NCBI GenBank assembly: GCA_049976425.1
Contig: JBMFIG010000016.1
Coordinates: 1-34,041 of the forward strand
Direction: 5' to 3'
DNA length: 34,041 nt
Origin: Thermoproteus sp.
Lineage (GTDB): Archaea > Thermoproteota > Thermoprotei > Thermoproteales > Thermoproteaceae
Below, piece by piece: positions 17,678-27,752 of the stretch. The notes beneath the pieces were generated by a model. That model was not told the origin of the DNA and made no database searches. It saw only the letters and a list, made by a program, of their open reading frames with translations. The translations under genes were made by a program, and so were the position numbers. Positions within the stretch are counted from its first letter, which is position 1. Each line of letters begins with the position of its first letter.

Positions 17678-17799
17678 GGGGCCCCCTCTACAGCGGCGTG
17701 GAGGCCGCGTGCAGGCTCGGCGTCACGCTCGTGGCCAACGTGCGGGGGAGGGGCTTCGCCGTCCTCTGCGACAGAGGGAGGATCAAGGCCGGCCTCTGA
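17665..17799 (+). pseudogene. fdhD: C-terminal remnant of FdhD (formate dehydrogenase accessory sulfurtransferase)
   Basis: VVSIRGPLYSGVEAACRLGVTLVANVRGRGFAVLCDRGRIKAGL* resembles the FdhD C-terminus; no start or N-terminal part. Confidence 0.65.
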
Positions 17800-18253
17800 G
17801 CTGGGCCTCAAGCTCCAGCAAGGCGTAGTACTGCTCCTCGCTGATGGCGATCGCGGGCACCGCCTCGGACACCCTCCGGAGAGCCTCGTGGGCGTCCAGG
17901 CCTCTATATATCAGATAGGCGGCCAGAGCGGTGGGCGTCCTGCCGACGCCTCCCACGCAGTGGATCAACACCGCGCCTAGCCTGACCAGAGAGGCGATTA
18001 TCCTGGCCAGAGCTTGGAGATCGGCCGGCGGCTTCCCGTCGGGCGTGGGCCAGTGGAGCCACTTGATGCCCCTAAGCCCCAGCTCCGTCCTCAACTCGTC
18101 GGGCCCGTCCCAGCCGCCGTACTCCTTCAGCTCCCAGTCCTCCGCCAGCGTCACCACGTGCTTGAAGCCGAGCCCCATAAGTCTGTCCAAGTCGCTCCGG
18201 GTTATCATGCAACTGCCGGCGAGCCCCCTCTCGACGAAGTAGGGACACTCCAT
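17783..18253 (-). CDS. Dual-specificity / protein-tyrosine phosphatase family protein
   Basis: HWPTPDG loop and VLIHCVGGVGRT (HCX5R) active site. Confidence 0.92.
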   Translation of the reverse strand: MECPYFVERGLAGSCMITRSDLDRLMGLGFKHVVTLAEDWELKEYGGWDGPDELRTELGLRGIKWLHWPTPDGKPPADLQALARIIASLVRLGAVLIHCVGGVGRTPTALAAYLIYRGLDAHEALRRVSEAVPAIAISEEQYYALLELEAQLRGRP

Positions 18254-18255
18254 GG

Positions 18256-18387
18256 TCAACGGGACCTCGACTCATCGACGATCGAGGCGAGCCGCCGGCC
18301 GACGCCTTTCGGAATTCTGCCTATGCGTTCGGCTAGGCTCCTCCCCATATCGGCATGCCTCACCGGCGCGACAACTTCGGGATCCAT
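18256..18387 (-). CDS. Possible 43-aa small protein
   Basis: MDPEVVAPVRHADMGRSLAERIGRIPKGVGRRLASIVDESRSR*; TTTTTAAT about 25 nt upstream; stops 2 nt before the phosphatase ATG. Confidence 0.4.
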   Translation of the reverse strand: MDPEVVAPVRHADMGRSLAERIGRIPKGVGRRLASIVDESRSR

Positions 18388-18534
18388 ACTGAAACACCGC
18401 CACCCATTAAAAATTCAGCACATTGCGGAGGCCGGCCTCCCGGCGCTATCTATCGCCTAAAAGCCGGGGTACAGAAACCGGCGCGATGTTGCCGTCCGGA
18501 AGCCGCCGGCATATATTTATAATTTTGTCAATAG

Positions 18535-19227
18535 ATGGCCGTGGATCTCCTGGCGCTCTACACCGGCGGTAAGGACAGCCACTACGCGTTGATGAGGGCG
18601 GTCGAGGAGGGGCATACGGTCAAGTGCCTGATCACGGCCGAGCCTGCCCGCCAGGACTCGTACATGTTCCACGCCGTCAACGCCCGCTGGGCGCTGTTGC
18701 ACGGAGAGGCTATGGGCGTCCCCCACTACCTCGTCGAGGTGTCTGGCGTCAAGGAGCGGGAGGTCGAGGAGCTCGGCGAGGTCTTGGCCAGGTATAGACG
18801 GGAGTGCGGCGCCGAGGGCGTGCTCACGGGCGCGATCGCCTCTAGGTACCAGAAGGAGAGGGTGGACAGGCTGGCGGAGAGGCTTGGACTGGCCCACGTG
18901 GCGCCTCTGTGGGGAAGAGACCAAGGCGAGCTCTTGCTGGCCGAGGCGGCTTCCGAGGAGTTCGTTATAGTGGCCGTCATGGCGATGGGCCTCGACGCTA
19001 GGTGGCTCGGCGCGAGGATAGGCCCGCGCGAGGCCGAGGCTCTGTTGAGCCTCAGCAAAAGGTACGGCTTCTCGCCCGTGGGGGAGGGCGGCGAGTTCGA
19101 GACCTACGTGGTGGCGAGCCCCCTCCTCTGCGGCAAGAGAGTGGAGATACTCGAGGCCGACACGTACTGGAGCCCCGCGGGCTGGGGAGTCTACGCCATA
19201 AAGTCGGCGCGCCTGACGTCGGTCTAG
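18535..19227 (+). CDS. dph6: Diphthine--ammonia ligase (PP-loop ATPase)
   Basis: LYTGGKDS, DSYMFH, GAIASRYQKERV, PLW and GEGGEFET motifs. Confidence 0.92.
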   Translation: MAVDLLALYTGGKDSHYALMRAVEEGHTVKCLITAEPARQDSYMFHAVNARWALLHGEAMGVPHYLVEVSGVKEREVEELGEVLARYRRECGAEGVLTGAIASRYQKERVDRLAERLGLAHVAPLWGRDQGELLLAEAASEEFVIVAVMAMGLDARWLGARIGPREAEALLSLSKRYGFSPVGEGGEFETYVVASPLLCGKRVEILEADTYWSPAGWGVYAIKSARLTSV

Positions 19228-19267
19228 TAAGAGGCCCCCATCCCTGCGTCCGCGCGGCGAGGGCCCC

Positions 19268-19891
19268 TCACTGCTTAGCGAGGCCCGACACCCTGGCTAC
19301 CAGCTCCGATAGGGCGTCGGCAAATGCCCTAAGCGGCGGCGCCAGCTTCGGCTCTGCCTGGGCCAACACTACGGCTCCGGGCAGAGTCCTCAAGCCTCCC
19401 CTATATACGGCCACGCCGCCCCACTCCACCACGACGCTGCCTATGGCCATGGTCCTCCCCTTATTGTCGGCGGCGACCACGGCGTTCTCGAAGGGGTATA
19501 GTAGGTACGTGGCCGTGATGCTGGAGCCCATATAGGGCACGTACACCCTCTGCACCACCCTCCTTATCGAGAAGGGCCCTACAGAGTCGACGATCTTGGC
19601 CCACTTCGCCCCCAACGCCTCGACGGCCTTCACGTGTCCCTCGAGCCACTTGCCTACGTCGGATCTATCCGGCGGCTCGTAGCCGGCTCCCAACGCCTCA
19701 GCGACCTTCCTCAAGAACTCGTCGTAGGCCTCCGCGTACGGCACGACGTAGGGCCGCGCCTCCTCGAGGCTGACAGGCACCTCGTCGTATCCGCCCGGCC
19801 CCTTCCCGACGACGATGGCGCCATCGGGTCTGACTATCAAAGTGGCGTCCTCCAGCTCGCGGAACCTCCCTACGGGAACCGAGAAATCCAT
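19268..19891 (-). CDS. Hypothetical protein
   Basis: 207-aa ORF with host-like codon use; TTTATA about 20-25 nt upstream. Confidence 0.75.
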   Translation of the reverse strand: MDFSVPVGRFRELEDATLIVRPDGAIVVGKGPGGYDEVPVSLEEARPYVVPYAEAYDEFLRKVAEALGAGYEPPDRSDVGKWLEGHVKAVEALGAKWAKIVDSVGPFSIRRVVQRVYVPYMGSSITATYLLYPFENAVVAADNKGRTMAIGSVVVEWGGVAVYRGGLRTLPGAVVLAQAEPKLAPPLRAFADALSELVARVSGLAKQ

Positions 19892-19956
19892 AGACTGTCC
19901 TCTGCCTATAAATATAGAACATCCCTAAGCTTATAAAAGGCTGGAGATCTAGACCA

Positions 19957-20925
19957 ATGCCTCCGGTGCTGACCGTAGAGAGGCTTAGGCTGTACTACGG
20001 CATGGGGAAAGACGTCGTTAAGGCGGTCGACGGGGTCTCCTTCGAGCTTGAGAAGGGGGAGGTCTTGGCCGTCGTCGGGGAGTCCGGTAGCGGCAAGTCG
20101 TCTCTGGGCTATGCGATAATGCGTCTCCTGCCGGAAAACGTCGTCCTCTACGACGGTAAGGTGTTGCTCCGCGCCGGCGGCGCGGAGTTCGACATAATGT
20201 CCATGGACGAGGACGCGTTGAGGCGCGAGGTGAGGTGGAGGCGCATATCGATGGTATTCCAAGCCTCCATGAACGCCATAGATCCCGTCTCGACGATAGG
20301 CGACTTCATGTACAGAATAGTCAAGGAGCATAGGCCGGGCCTAGACAGAAAGAAGGGACTCGCCGAGGCAGCCGAGGCTCTGAAGTCCGTCGGCCTGCCC
20401 GCCTCCGTCCTCGACATGTACCCCTTCGAGCTCTCCGGCGGGATGAAGCAGAGGGTCATGATAGCCCTCGCGTTGATCCTGCGTCCGTCCGTCGTGATTT
20501 TAGACGAGCCCACGTCGGCCCTCGACGTGATAACCCAGGCCAACATAATATCCTTGTTGAAGAGCTTGAGGGGGGACGTCTCCATGATATTGATCACGCA
20601 CGACCTGGCCCTGGCCTCCGAGATAGCGGATAGGATAGCCGTCATGTACGCCGGCAAGCTGGTGGAGATAGGGCCGGCAGACGCCGTCTTGACCTCGCCC
20701 AGGCATCCCTACACCAGCGCCTTGCTCGAGTCCACCCCTACATTGAGGCAGGACAAGGCCCTCGGCTTCATACCGGGGAGAGTGCCCAGCTTGGTGAACC
20801 CGCCTCCCGGCTGCCGCTTCCATCCCAGATGCAAATACGCGATCGATGTGTGCTCCCGCGAGGAGCCGCCGGCGGTCGAGGTAGGGCCGGGCCACAAGGC
20901 GGCTTGCTGGCTTTTGAGGCCATGA
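19957..20925 (+). CDS. dppD: Oligo/dipeptide ABC transporter ATPase
   Basis: GESGSGKS, ELSGGMKQR, HPYT and GCRFHPRC. Confidence 0.93.
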   Translation: MPPVLTVERLRLYYGMGKDVVKAVDGVSFELEKGEVLAVVGESGSGKSSLGYAIMRLLPENVVLYDGKVLLRAGGAEFDIMSMDEDALRREVRWRRISMVFQASMNAIDPVSTIGDFMYRIVKEHRPGLDRKKGLAEAAEALKSVGLPASVLDMYPFELSGGMKQRVMIALALILRPSVVILDEPTSALDVITQANIISLLKSLRGDVSMILITHDLALASEIADRIAVMYAGKLVEIGPADAVLTSPRHPYTSALLESTPTLRQDKALGFIPGRVPSLVNPPPGCRFHPRCKYAIDVCSREEPPAVEVGPGHKAACWLLRP

Positions 20926-21935
20926 GCCCGTTGAGGTATATCTTGATGCGCCTAGCCCTGGCCCTGCCGACTATGTTGATCCTGCTGACCGTGGTCTTCC
21001 TGATACTGAGGGTCATACCGGGCAACCCGATAGAGGCTATGGTGGGCCAGAAGGCGCCGCCCGAATATGTACAGCAGTTGATGGAGCAAGCCGGCCTCAA
21101 CAAACCGCTGTACGTGCAGTATCTCGACTACATAAGGGGTGTGTTCACGGGAGATCTCGGCAGGAGCTTCATAGACAACAGGCCCGTGATAGCCGACATA
21201 ATGGACAGGTTCCCCGCCACGGTCGAGCTCGCCGTGTCCTCTTTCTTGGTCAGCATAGCGATAGGCCACGCCCTGGCCTTTCTAGCCGCCTATTTTAGGC
21301 GTAGCGTGGACGAGGCCGTGCGCCTCTACGCCATAATAGCGTACATCCTCTTCATACCCTTCTTCGGGCTGGCCCTGCAGCTGATCTTCGGCGTATATCT
21401 GAGGTGGTTGCCTATAGGGGGCAGAATAACGCCGGGCCTGGAGCCGCCCCACATCACCGGCCTATACGTCGTCGACTCCATCATCTCCGGCGACTGGCCC
21501 GCCTTGATAAGCGCCGTGAAGCACTTGATCCTCCCCTCGATAACTCTTGGGATAGTTATATCGGGGGTGTTCACGAGGTTTATAAGGAACAACTTGGTCA
21601 AGACCTTCGAGGAGGACTTCATAACGACGTATAGGGCGGCGGGGCTACCCCGCTGGCGCGTGCTCATGAGGGCGTACAGGGCGGCCCTAGTCCCGACGAT
21701 AACCATGATGGGCCTCCAGCTGGCGTTGCTCCTGCAAGGCGCTGTGTTGACCGAGACGACGTTCTCGTGGCCGGGCCTCGGCACACTGCTCCTTGAGAGG
21801 ATACAGTATCTGGACTACCCGACCGTGCAAGGCGTGGTGATATTCTACGTCCTTATCGTGGTCTTCATAAACATAGCGGTGGATCTCGCGAACTTGATAG
21901 TGGATCCCAGGCTGAGGAGGGGGACATGGCAGTGA
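20922..21935 (+). CDS. dppB: Oligo/dipeptide ABC permease
   Basis: GDLGRS, FPATVEL, ETTFSWPGLG and DPR; ATG 20922 in ATGA overlap. Confidence 0.92.
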   Translation: MSPLRYILMRLALALPTMLILLTVVFLILRVIPGNPIEAMVGQKAPPEYVQQLMEQAGLNKPLYVQYLDYIRGVFTGDLGRSFIDNRPVIADIMDRFPATVELAVSSFLVSIAIGHALAFLAAYFRRSVDEAVRLYAIIAYILFIPFFGLALQLIFGVYLRWLPIGGRITPGLEPPHITGLYVVDSIISGDWPALISAVKHLILPSITLGIVISGVFTRFIRNNLVKTFEEDFITTYRAAGLPRWRVLMRAYRAALVPTITMMGLQLALLLQGAVLTETTFSWPGLGTLLLERIQYLDYPTVQGVVIFYVLIVVFINIAVDLANLIVDPRLRRGTWQ

Positions 21936-22729
21936 AGCTGTACGTAGGGGCCGCCGTAGTGGCCGCCATCTTGATATTCATAGCAATACCGCCGCTCTTA
22001 ATGAGGACGAGCCCGACTCTGTCTGCCGACAGGCCCCTACTGCCGCCCAGCCCCGCGCACCCGCTGGGGACGGACTACCTCGGCAGAGACGTGCTGGCGA
22101 GGCTCATGTACGGGGGAAGGGTGCCGCTGGGCGTCGCCCTGTTGGCCACCTTGCTGTCGTCCATCGCGGGGATCCTCCTGGGTATGTTCTCGGGCTACGT
22201 CGGGAGGTGGCCGGACAGGCTTTTGACCATGGTCATGGACAGTCTATACGCCTTCCCCGGCCTCCTGATGGCCATGGCCATAGCCGCCGTGCTCGGCCCG
22301 AGCCCCCTCAACGCGGCCCTGGCGATAGGCTTCGTCTACATCCCCACGTATTACAGACTGGCGCGCAACGAAACGCAGGTCGTCAAGACATTCCAGTACA
22401 TAGAGGCGGCGCGAGCCCTGGGGGCATCGACGACGCATATAGTGCTGAGGCACGTGTTGCCCGTCTTGACGCTGACCATGGTGGTGGTCGCCACGATAAA
22501 TATAGCAGACGCCATACTCACGGAGGCTGCCTTGGCCTTCTTCGGCTACACAGTCGTGCCGCCAACGCCCGACTGGGGGGCCGACTTGTCGGCCGCGAAG
22601 TCGTATATACTGAACGGGGCGTGGTGGTTGCTGACGCCGGGTCTGATGATAGTGTTGACAGCCCTCGGCTTCTCCCTACTGGGAGAAGGGCTGGCGGAGA
22701 GGTTTGGGTTGAGGAAAAAGCTGGGTTGA
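21926..22729 (+). CDS. dppC: Oligo/dipeptide ABC permease
   Basis: HPLGTDYLGRD, YIEAARALGA and PDWG. Confidence 0.92.
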   Translation: MAVKLYVGAAVVAAILIFIAIPPLLMRTSPTLSADRPLLPPSPAHPLGTDYLGRDVLARLMYGGRVPLGVALLATLLSSIAGILLGMFSGYVGRWPDRLLTMVMDSLYAFPGLLMAMAIAAVLGPSPLNAALAIGFVYIPTYYRLARNETQVVKTFQYIEAARALGASTTHIVLRHVLPVLTLTMVVVATINIADAILTEAALAFFGYTVVPPTPDWGADLSAAKSYILNGAWWLLTPGLMIVLTALGFSLLGEGLAERFGLRKKLG

Positions 22730-22731
22730 TT

Positions 22732-24369
22732 TTAGGAGGCGGAGATCAGCCAGTATCTCAATATCATCGTGGGATCCACCGTCACCTTGATGCCGGGCTT
22801 GGCGACTATGAACAGCTTGCCCTGGAACAGCGGCACTATGGGGACGTCCTGCGCGACGATCTTCTGTACCTCGGCGTATATCTGAGCCCTCGCGGTCTGG
22901 TTAACCAACACAGACGCCTCGTCCAATAATTTATCCACTATGGGGTTGGAGTAGCCGTTGCCCAGCCACGAGTTGGCGCCTGTCCTAAAGAACGGCACCA
23001 TGTAGTCGTCGGGGTCTAGGTAGTCGGGGTACCAGCCCAGCAGATAGACCTCCATGACGCCCTTCCTGGCGTAGTCCGTGTACGTGCTCCATTCCGCCGA
23101 TCTTATGTTGACTGTGGTCATGCCGGTGGCCTCGAGCTGTTGTTTCAACAACGCCGCCACGTCCTGCTCGGTGCTGCCGTAGTGGGACGGGGTGTACCAG
23201 AGATCTATCACCAGCTTGTTGCTGGGGGAGTAGCCGGCCTTCTGCAACAACTGTTGGGCCAAGGTGGTGTTGCAGTCGCCGTACATCTGTTTGAAGACGG
23301 GGACGGCTCCCCACATGCCGGCGGGTATCATGGTATAGAGCGGCGACATGGTGCCGTTGAACACCACGTTGATTATCTGGGATCTACATACGGCCGCCGC
23401 GAGGGCTTGTCTGACCAAGGTGTTGTTTATCATCTTGGTGTTTATGACCATATAGCGTATGAACATGCTCGGAACCTCTATCACCTGGAACTTGCCGCTG
23501 GATCTCAGAGCCTGCAGATCGGGCGGGCTCAGCGTGCGCCAGGCTATGTCTATCTCGCCGCTCTGGAGCGCCAGCCTCAACGCCGAGGAGTCGCTGTAGA
23601 ACCTGATAACAACGGTCTTGTAGTAGGGCTGGGGCCCGTACCAGTAGGGATTCGCCGTGAGCACTATGGTCTGGTCCCTCACGAACTTGGAGATGCAGTA
23701 GGGCCCGGCGCCGCCGGCGGTCTGGTCGGCGTCCACCTGGTTGGGGTTGTACTTGGGGCTGACCGGGAAGTAGGGGGGCGTTGCGAGAAGCGCTAGGAAG
23801 TACGCCACTGGCCTCTTCAAGACGAACTCGACCGTGTAGTTGTCTAGAGCCGTCACGTTCTTCACGAAATAGGTTACGAGCCAGGCAGGGTCGCCGTTTA
23901 TCCTCATCACCCTCTGTATGGACCAGACCACGTTCTGGGCCGTCACGGGAGTGCCGTCGCAGAACTTGGCGTCGTGCCTCAGGTGGAATATCCACACCGT
24001 GCCGTTGTCCTTGACCTCCCAGCTGGTGGCTAGGGCGGGGACAAGCTCGGTGGTGCCCGGCTTGTACATCACTAGGCCGGACATGGTGTTGTAGAATATC
24101 TCCCAGGTGAAGAAGTCGTATGCCATGGCCGGATCCAGCTCAGTCACCTTGTCTGTAACTCCTATAGTCAACGTGGGGCCTCCCGCCGTCGATGTGGCCG
24201 AGGCCGTGGGCGATGTGGTCGGGGCTGTGGTGGGCGCGGCCGAAGTCGTGGACGGCGCGGCGGACGTGGTTGCGGCCCCTCCTCTTCCTCCAGAGGAGGC
24301 TAGGTAGGCCAAAACGGCGATTATAACAACGACGACCACTACCGCCGCTATTATCGTTGAGGTCCTCAT
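22732..24369 (-). CDS. dppA: Peptide ABC substrate-binding protein (family 5)
   Basis: N-terminal TM plus Thr/Ser linker, LDPA, PALATSWE, F.DGTPVTA and GWYPDYLDPD. Confidence 0.92.
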   Translation of the reverse strand: MRTSTIIAAVVVVVVIIAVLAYLASSGGRGGAATTSAAPSTTSAAPTTAPTTSPTASATSTAGGPTLTIGVTDKVTELDPAMAYDFFTWEIFYNTMSGLVMYKPGTTELVPALATSWEVKDNGTVWIFHLRHDAKFCDGTPVTAQNVVWSIQRVMRINGDPAWLVTYFVKNVTALDNYTVEFVLKRPVAYFLALLATPPYFPVSPKYNPNQVDADQTAGGAGPYCISKFVRDQTIVLTANPYWYGPQPYYKTVVIRFYSDSSALRLALQSGEIDIAWRTLSPPDLQALRSSGKFQVIEVPSMFIRYMVINTKMINNTLVRQALAAAVCRSQIINVVFNGTMSPLYTMIPAGMWGAVPVFKQMYGDCNTTLAQQLLQKAGYSPSNKLVIDLWYTPSHYGSTEQDVAALLKQQLEATGMTTVNIRSAEWSTYTDYARKGVMEVYLLGWYPDYLDPDDYMVPFFRTGANSWLGNGYSNPIVDKLLDEASVLVNQTARAQIYAEVQKIVAQDVPIVPLFQGKLFIVAKPGIKVTVDPTMILRYWLISAS

Positions 24370-24408
24370 GAAGGTATGATGCGCAGGCCTTTTAAGTTTT
24401 ATGAAAAA

Positions 24409-25890
24409 CTAGGAGGTTAGGGATTTCACCTCGTCTATAATTGCTAGATACTTCTTACGGGCCGCGTCGCGCCAGATGGCTATCATCTGATCTCTAAAAG
24501 CGGCGTCTTTCGCTATGCGGCTGTTTATGCTCTGGGCGTATTGTTGCGTGAAGGTGTAGGTCGTGCCGTTGACCGTGAACTGTATCGGCGATCCCAGCTC
24601 AGCCGCCAGCCTCTGCGCAGTGGTGGCGTTTATCTTCCCGCTGTAGTAGGCCTGCAGAATCGCCTTCCACGCGTTCTGGAGATCGCCCTGTTCCTGGACT
24701 ATGGTCGCGACGAAGTAGTAGATTATGGCCTGCTCGTAGCTCATCGCCAACGAGTCGTTGAAGTTCATGGCGCGTATTCCCTGGAGCTGTTGGTACACCG
24801 CCTTCAGATCCGGCCTGCTCTGGCCCTCCGGCGTGTTGAACGCGTTGGGGTTAGAGGGCAGTCTGTTTATGCTCTTGTCGAAGACCATGCGCTGGCCGTC
24901 TGTGATTACCCAGGCCACGAAGGCCTCCGCGGCCTGCCTACACTTGGTGCCGACCACCACGGCTATGGGATCCCCGTTCACAGTAGTGTTGGGCGGTATT
25001 ATGTACTTGGTGTGCGGGTTCTGGAGCTGGGCTATGTAGCCGTAGAAGTCTATGGTCCAGCCGGCGCCCGAGTCGCCGCGGATTACGGCGTCTCTGGCGT
25101 CCTCGCTGGAGCTCCAGACCTTGCCGTTGGCTGCTGTCAACGTGATTATGCGCCACCCTCTATCCCAGCCGTAGGCCTGTAGTATTATCTCCGCCATCCT
25201 CGTCGAGCTGGTAGATCTGGATATATCGCCTATGGAGGTGGCCGGGTAGCCCTGCAAGAGGGCCTTCCCGAACGTGAACGAGGCTAGGTCGGACCAGTCG
25301 CGGGGAGTGGGCAGGCCGGTCTTGTTGAGGAAGTCGAAGTTCACAGTTATCCCGAAGCTCGATATGGCCCACGCAACCCAATACACGTTCCCGTCGGGGC
25401 CCTTGAGTTTCAGCGGCATGCCGGCCACGGCATCCGGCACTTGGGACAACGCGGCCTTAACCTCATCGCCCTGTAGGGGCAGTAGGAGGCCGTCTTGGTA
25501 CAGCACGTTGAAGAGCGTGGGGCCGCCTCCCCACGCCACGTCAATGCCGCCTTGCTTGATTAAGGCCTCCCACTGGGAGGCCGGCGGGTTCTTGAACACG
25601 AGGTCCTTTATGCCGTATCTCTTAGCCACGTCGCTGTTGAGGAACAAGGTCCTCGTCACGTTGAGTATCGCAGTCGGGTGGCGCGTCAAGATGACCAGCT
25701 GGGGGCACTGCTGGACTGCCGTAGACGTCGTCTGGGTAGTCGACGTGGTGGATGTGGTGGTCGTCGGCGGTGGCTGGGTAGTCAGGGGCGGACTGGGCTT
25801 CTGACCTGCAGTCTGGCTGTAGTATATAGCAACGGCCGCCACGATTACAACAACTACTACAGCTATCGCTATATAGAGAGTTCTTGTCAT
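24409..25890 (-). CDS. ABC substrate-binding protein (Fe3+/thiamine/polyamine-like class)
   Basis: N-terminal TM plus Thr-rich linker, DVAWGGG, P.DW.DL and GW motifs; downstream of cognate permease. Confidence 0.8.
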   Translation of the reverse strand: MTRTLYIAIAVVVVVIVAAVAIYYSQTAGQKPSPPLTTQPPPTTTTSTTSTTQTTSTAVQQCPQLVILTRHPTAILNVTRTLFLNSDVAKRYGIKDLVFKNPPASQWEALIKQGGIDVAWGGGPTLFNVLYQDGLLLPLQGDEVKAALSQVPDAVAGMPLKLKGPDGNVYWVAWAISSFGITVNFDFLNKTGLPTPRDWSDLASFTFGKALLQGYPATSIGDISRSTSSTRMAEIILQAYGWDRGWRIITLTAANGKVWSSSEDARDAVIRGDSGAGWTIDFYGYIAQLQNPHTKYIIPPNTTVNGDPIAVVVGTKCRQAAEAFVAWVITDGQRMVFDKSINRLPSNPNAFNTPEGQSRPDLKAVYQQLQGIRAMNFNDSLAMSYEQAIIYYFVATIVQEQGDLQNAWKAILQAYYSGKINATTAQRLAAELGSPIQFTVNGTTYTFTQQYAQSINSRIAKDAAFRDQMIAIWRDAARKKYLAIIDEVKSLTS

Positions 25891-25940
25891 AAGTATACCG
25901 GGTATCTAGGTTTTTAAATATTGTGCTTAAGCGTATTCGG

Positions 25941-27752
25941 TCATATTATGAAGCCGTACCTAGTCTTGAGGACCTTCGTGACGAGGAGTATAGCGACTAC
26001 CTGGATAACCGCCAGTATGAGGCCGAGGGCGGCGGCGTAGAACAAGCCGTTCACGCTTCCCTGTATGTCCACGCTCATGACTGCCGTTATGGGCATGGCG
26101 TGGTCGTAGCCCAGCCCCTTCAAGGATCCCAAGGTGACTCCCAGGGAGACCTCGCTGGTCATGTAGACGAAGGCGATGAGGGCCCCGCTGATTACGTTGT
26201 TTCTAATTAGGGGTAGGACAATGCTGGATAGGGTCCTGCCGTAGCTCGCGCCCAGGTTTAGGGAGACCTCCTCGGCCGATACGTGTAGCTGTTGCAGGCC
26301 GGCGTATATGCTCCTCACCGCAAACGGAAGCTTCCTGACGGAGTAGCCCACTATTATGGCCGCCGCGGGGTTGTCGTTGGGGTTTACGAGGTGGGCCAGA
26401 GCCGGACAACAGCCCGCCAGCCAGCTAGAAAGCGGGAGCAAGGCTAGGAAGTACGAGTACGCCACGACCAGGCCGGGTATCGCTATGGGGGCCGTGGCCA
26501 AGGCGTCCAGGACGCCGGCCAGCCTCCCGCGGAATCTGGCGGCCGCGATAGATATAAGGATCCCAACGACCACCACCACGGCCGTGGCGGTCAACGAGTA
26601 GAGCACCGTGTTTTCTATCCCCCTTACGTAGTAGGGGTTGGTCAACACGGTCTCCAGCCTGTCGAGGCCGAGCGACAGCGAGAGGCCGGAGGGGAGCGGG
26701 GAGCTGGCCCACCTGCCGGCGAACACCAACACGAGCGCCCCAGCTAGAGGGGCGGCCGCCGCTATCACCACTAGGAAGGACAATGCGATGAGGGCGTATC
26801 CGCCCGGCCCCGGCCTGTAGGATCTGGGCCTCAACTGCCTTATGAGCATGGCGTACTGCCTCAGCCCGACGTAGCGCCTCACGGCCAGAAACGCGGCGAG
26901 CGACACGGCGAGCAGTATCAAGGCGAGGAGCGCCGTCGCCGGGCTTATCTGCCCGCTGATGGAGCTGACGAAGTACTGGTATATCTGGTACGACATCAGT
27001 TTGCGGGCCTCCGGGTAGTCCTGGAATATTATCGGCGCCGCTATATCGTCTATAGACATTATGAACACTAGGGTGAAAGCGGCGGCCACGCCGGGGGTGG
27101 CTAGGCGGAGGACTATATCCCTCGCCGCCTTCGATCCGCTGGCGCCTAGGTTGTTGGCGACCTCCTCCAGAGTGGGGTCGACCCTGGATATAGCCGTGTA
27201 TATGTTCAGATACGCTATAGGCAGATATAGGAATATCTGGGTCAACGCAACCGCGGCGAGGCCCCTTATCTCGATCCTCAAGGGAATTCCCAGAGAGGAG
27301 ATCGCCCAGTTCAGGGTGCCCCAAAGCGGGTTGAGGAATATACGTATCACGTAGGCGGTGACGAAGGGCACCACTATCAACGGGACGGCGGCCGCGACGC
27401 CTAGGGCCGTCCTCCCCCTGAACTCGTACTTCGCCAAGACGAACGCCAGCGCCAGCCCCAACAAGGTATCGGCGAGGGCCACGGCGAATCCCACCCATAG
27501 GCTGTTCGCTATTATGCCCATGTCGGGGCCGTTCAACACGAGGCGGTAGACGGAGCCCGCCTTCTCTATCTGGAAGACGTTCTGGAACGCCGTGGGCGAT
27601 ACGTCGAAGTAGTAGGGGCTCGCCAGTAGGGGCGCCACCGCCGCCAGTTGCATGTAGATGTAGTAGAAGATGTAGGCTATCGGCGACACTAGAAAGGCCA
27701 GGAGGAAGGCGAGGCCCGCCGCGAGCGCCGCCGCGATGAACCTCTGCCTCAT
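25941..27752 (-). CDS. ABC permease, fused double-domain FbpB/ThiP-like
   Basis: Two EAA loops (LEEVANNLGAS, AEEVSLNLGAS); Y.FRGR motif. Confidence 0.88.
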   Translation of the reverse strand: MRQRFIAAALAAGLAFLLAFLVSPIAYIFYYIYMQLAAVAPLLASPYYFDVSPTAFQNVFQIEKAGSVYRLVLNGPDMGIIANSLWVGFAVALADTLLGLALAFVLAKYEFRGRTALGVAAAVPLIVVPFVTAYVIRIFLNPLWGTLNWAISSLGIPLRIEIRGLAAVALTQIFLYLPIAYLNIYTAISRVDPTLEEVANNLGASGSKAARDIVLRLATPGVAAAFTLVFIMSIDDIAAPIIFQDYPEARKLMSYQIYQYFVSSISGQISPATALLALILLAVSLAAFLAVRRYVGLRQYAMLIRQLRPRSYRPGPGGYALIALSFLVVIAAAAPLAGALVLVFAGRWASSPLPSGLSLSLGLDRLETVLTNPYYVRGIENTVLYSLTATAVVVVVGILISIAAARFRGRLAGVLDALATAPIAIPGLVVAYSYFLALLPLSSWLAGCCPALAHLVNPNDNPAAAIIVGYSVRKLPFAVRSIYAGLQQLHVSAEEVSLNLGASYGRTLSSIVLPLIRNNVISGALIAFVYMTSEVSLGVTLGSLKGLGYDHAMPITAVMSVDIQGSVNGLFYAAALGLILAVIQVVAILLVTKVLKTRYGFII

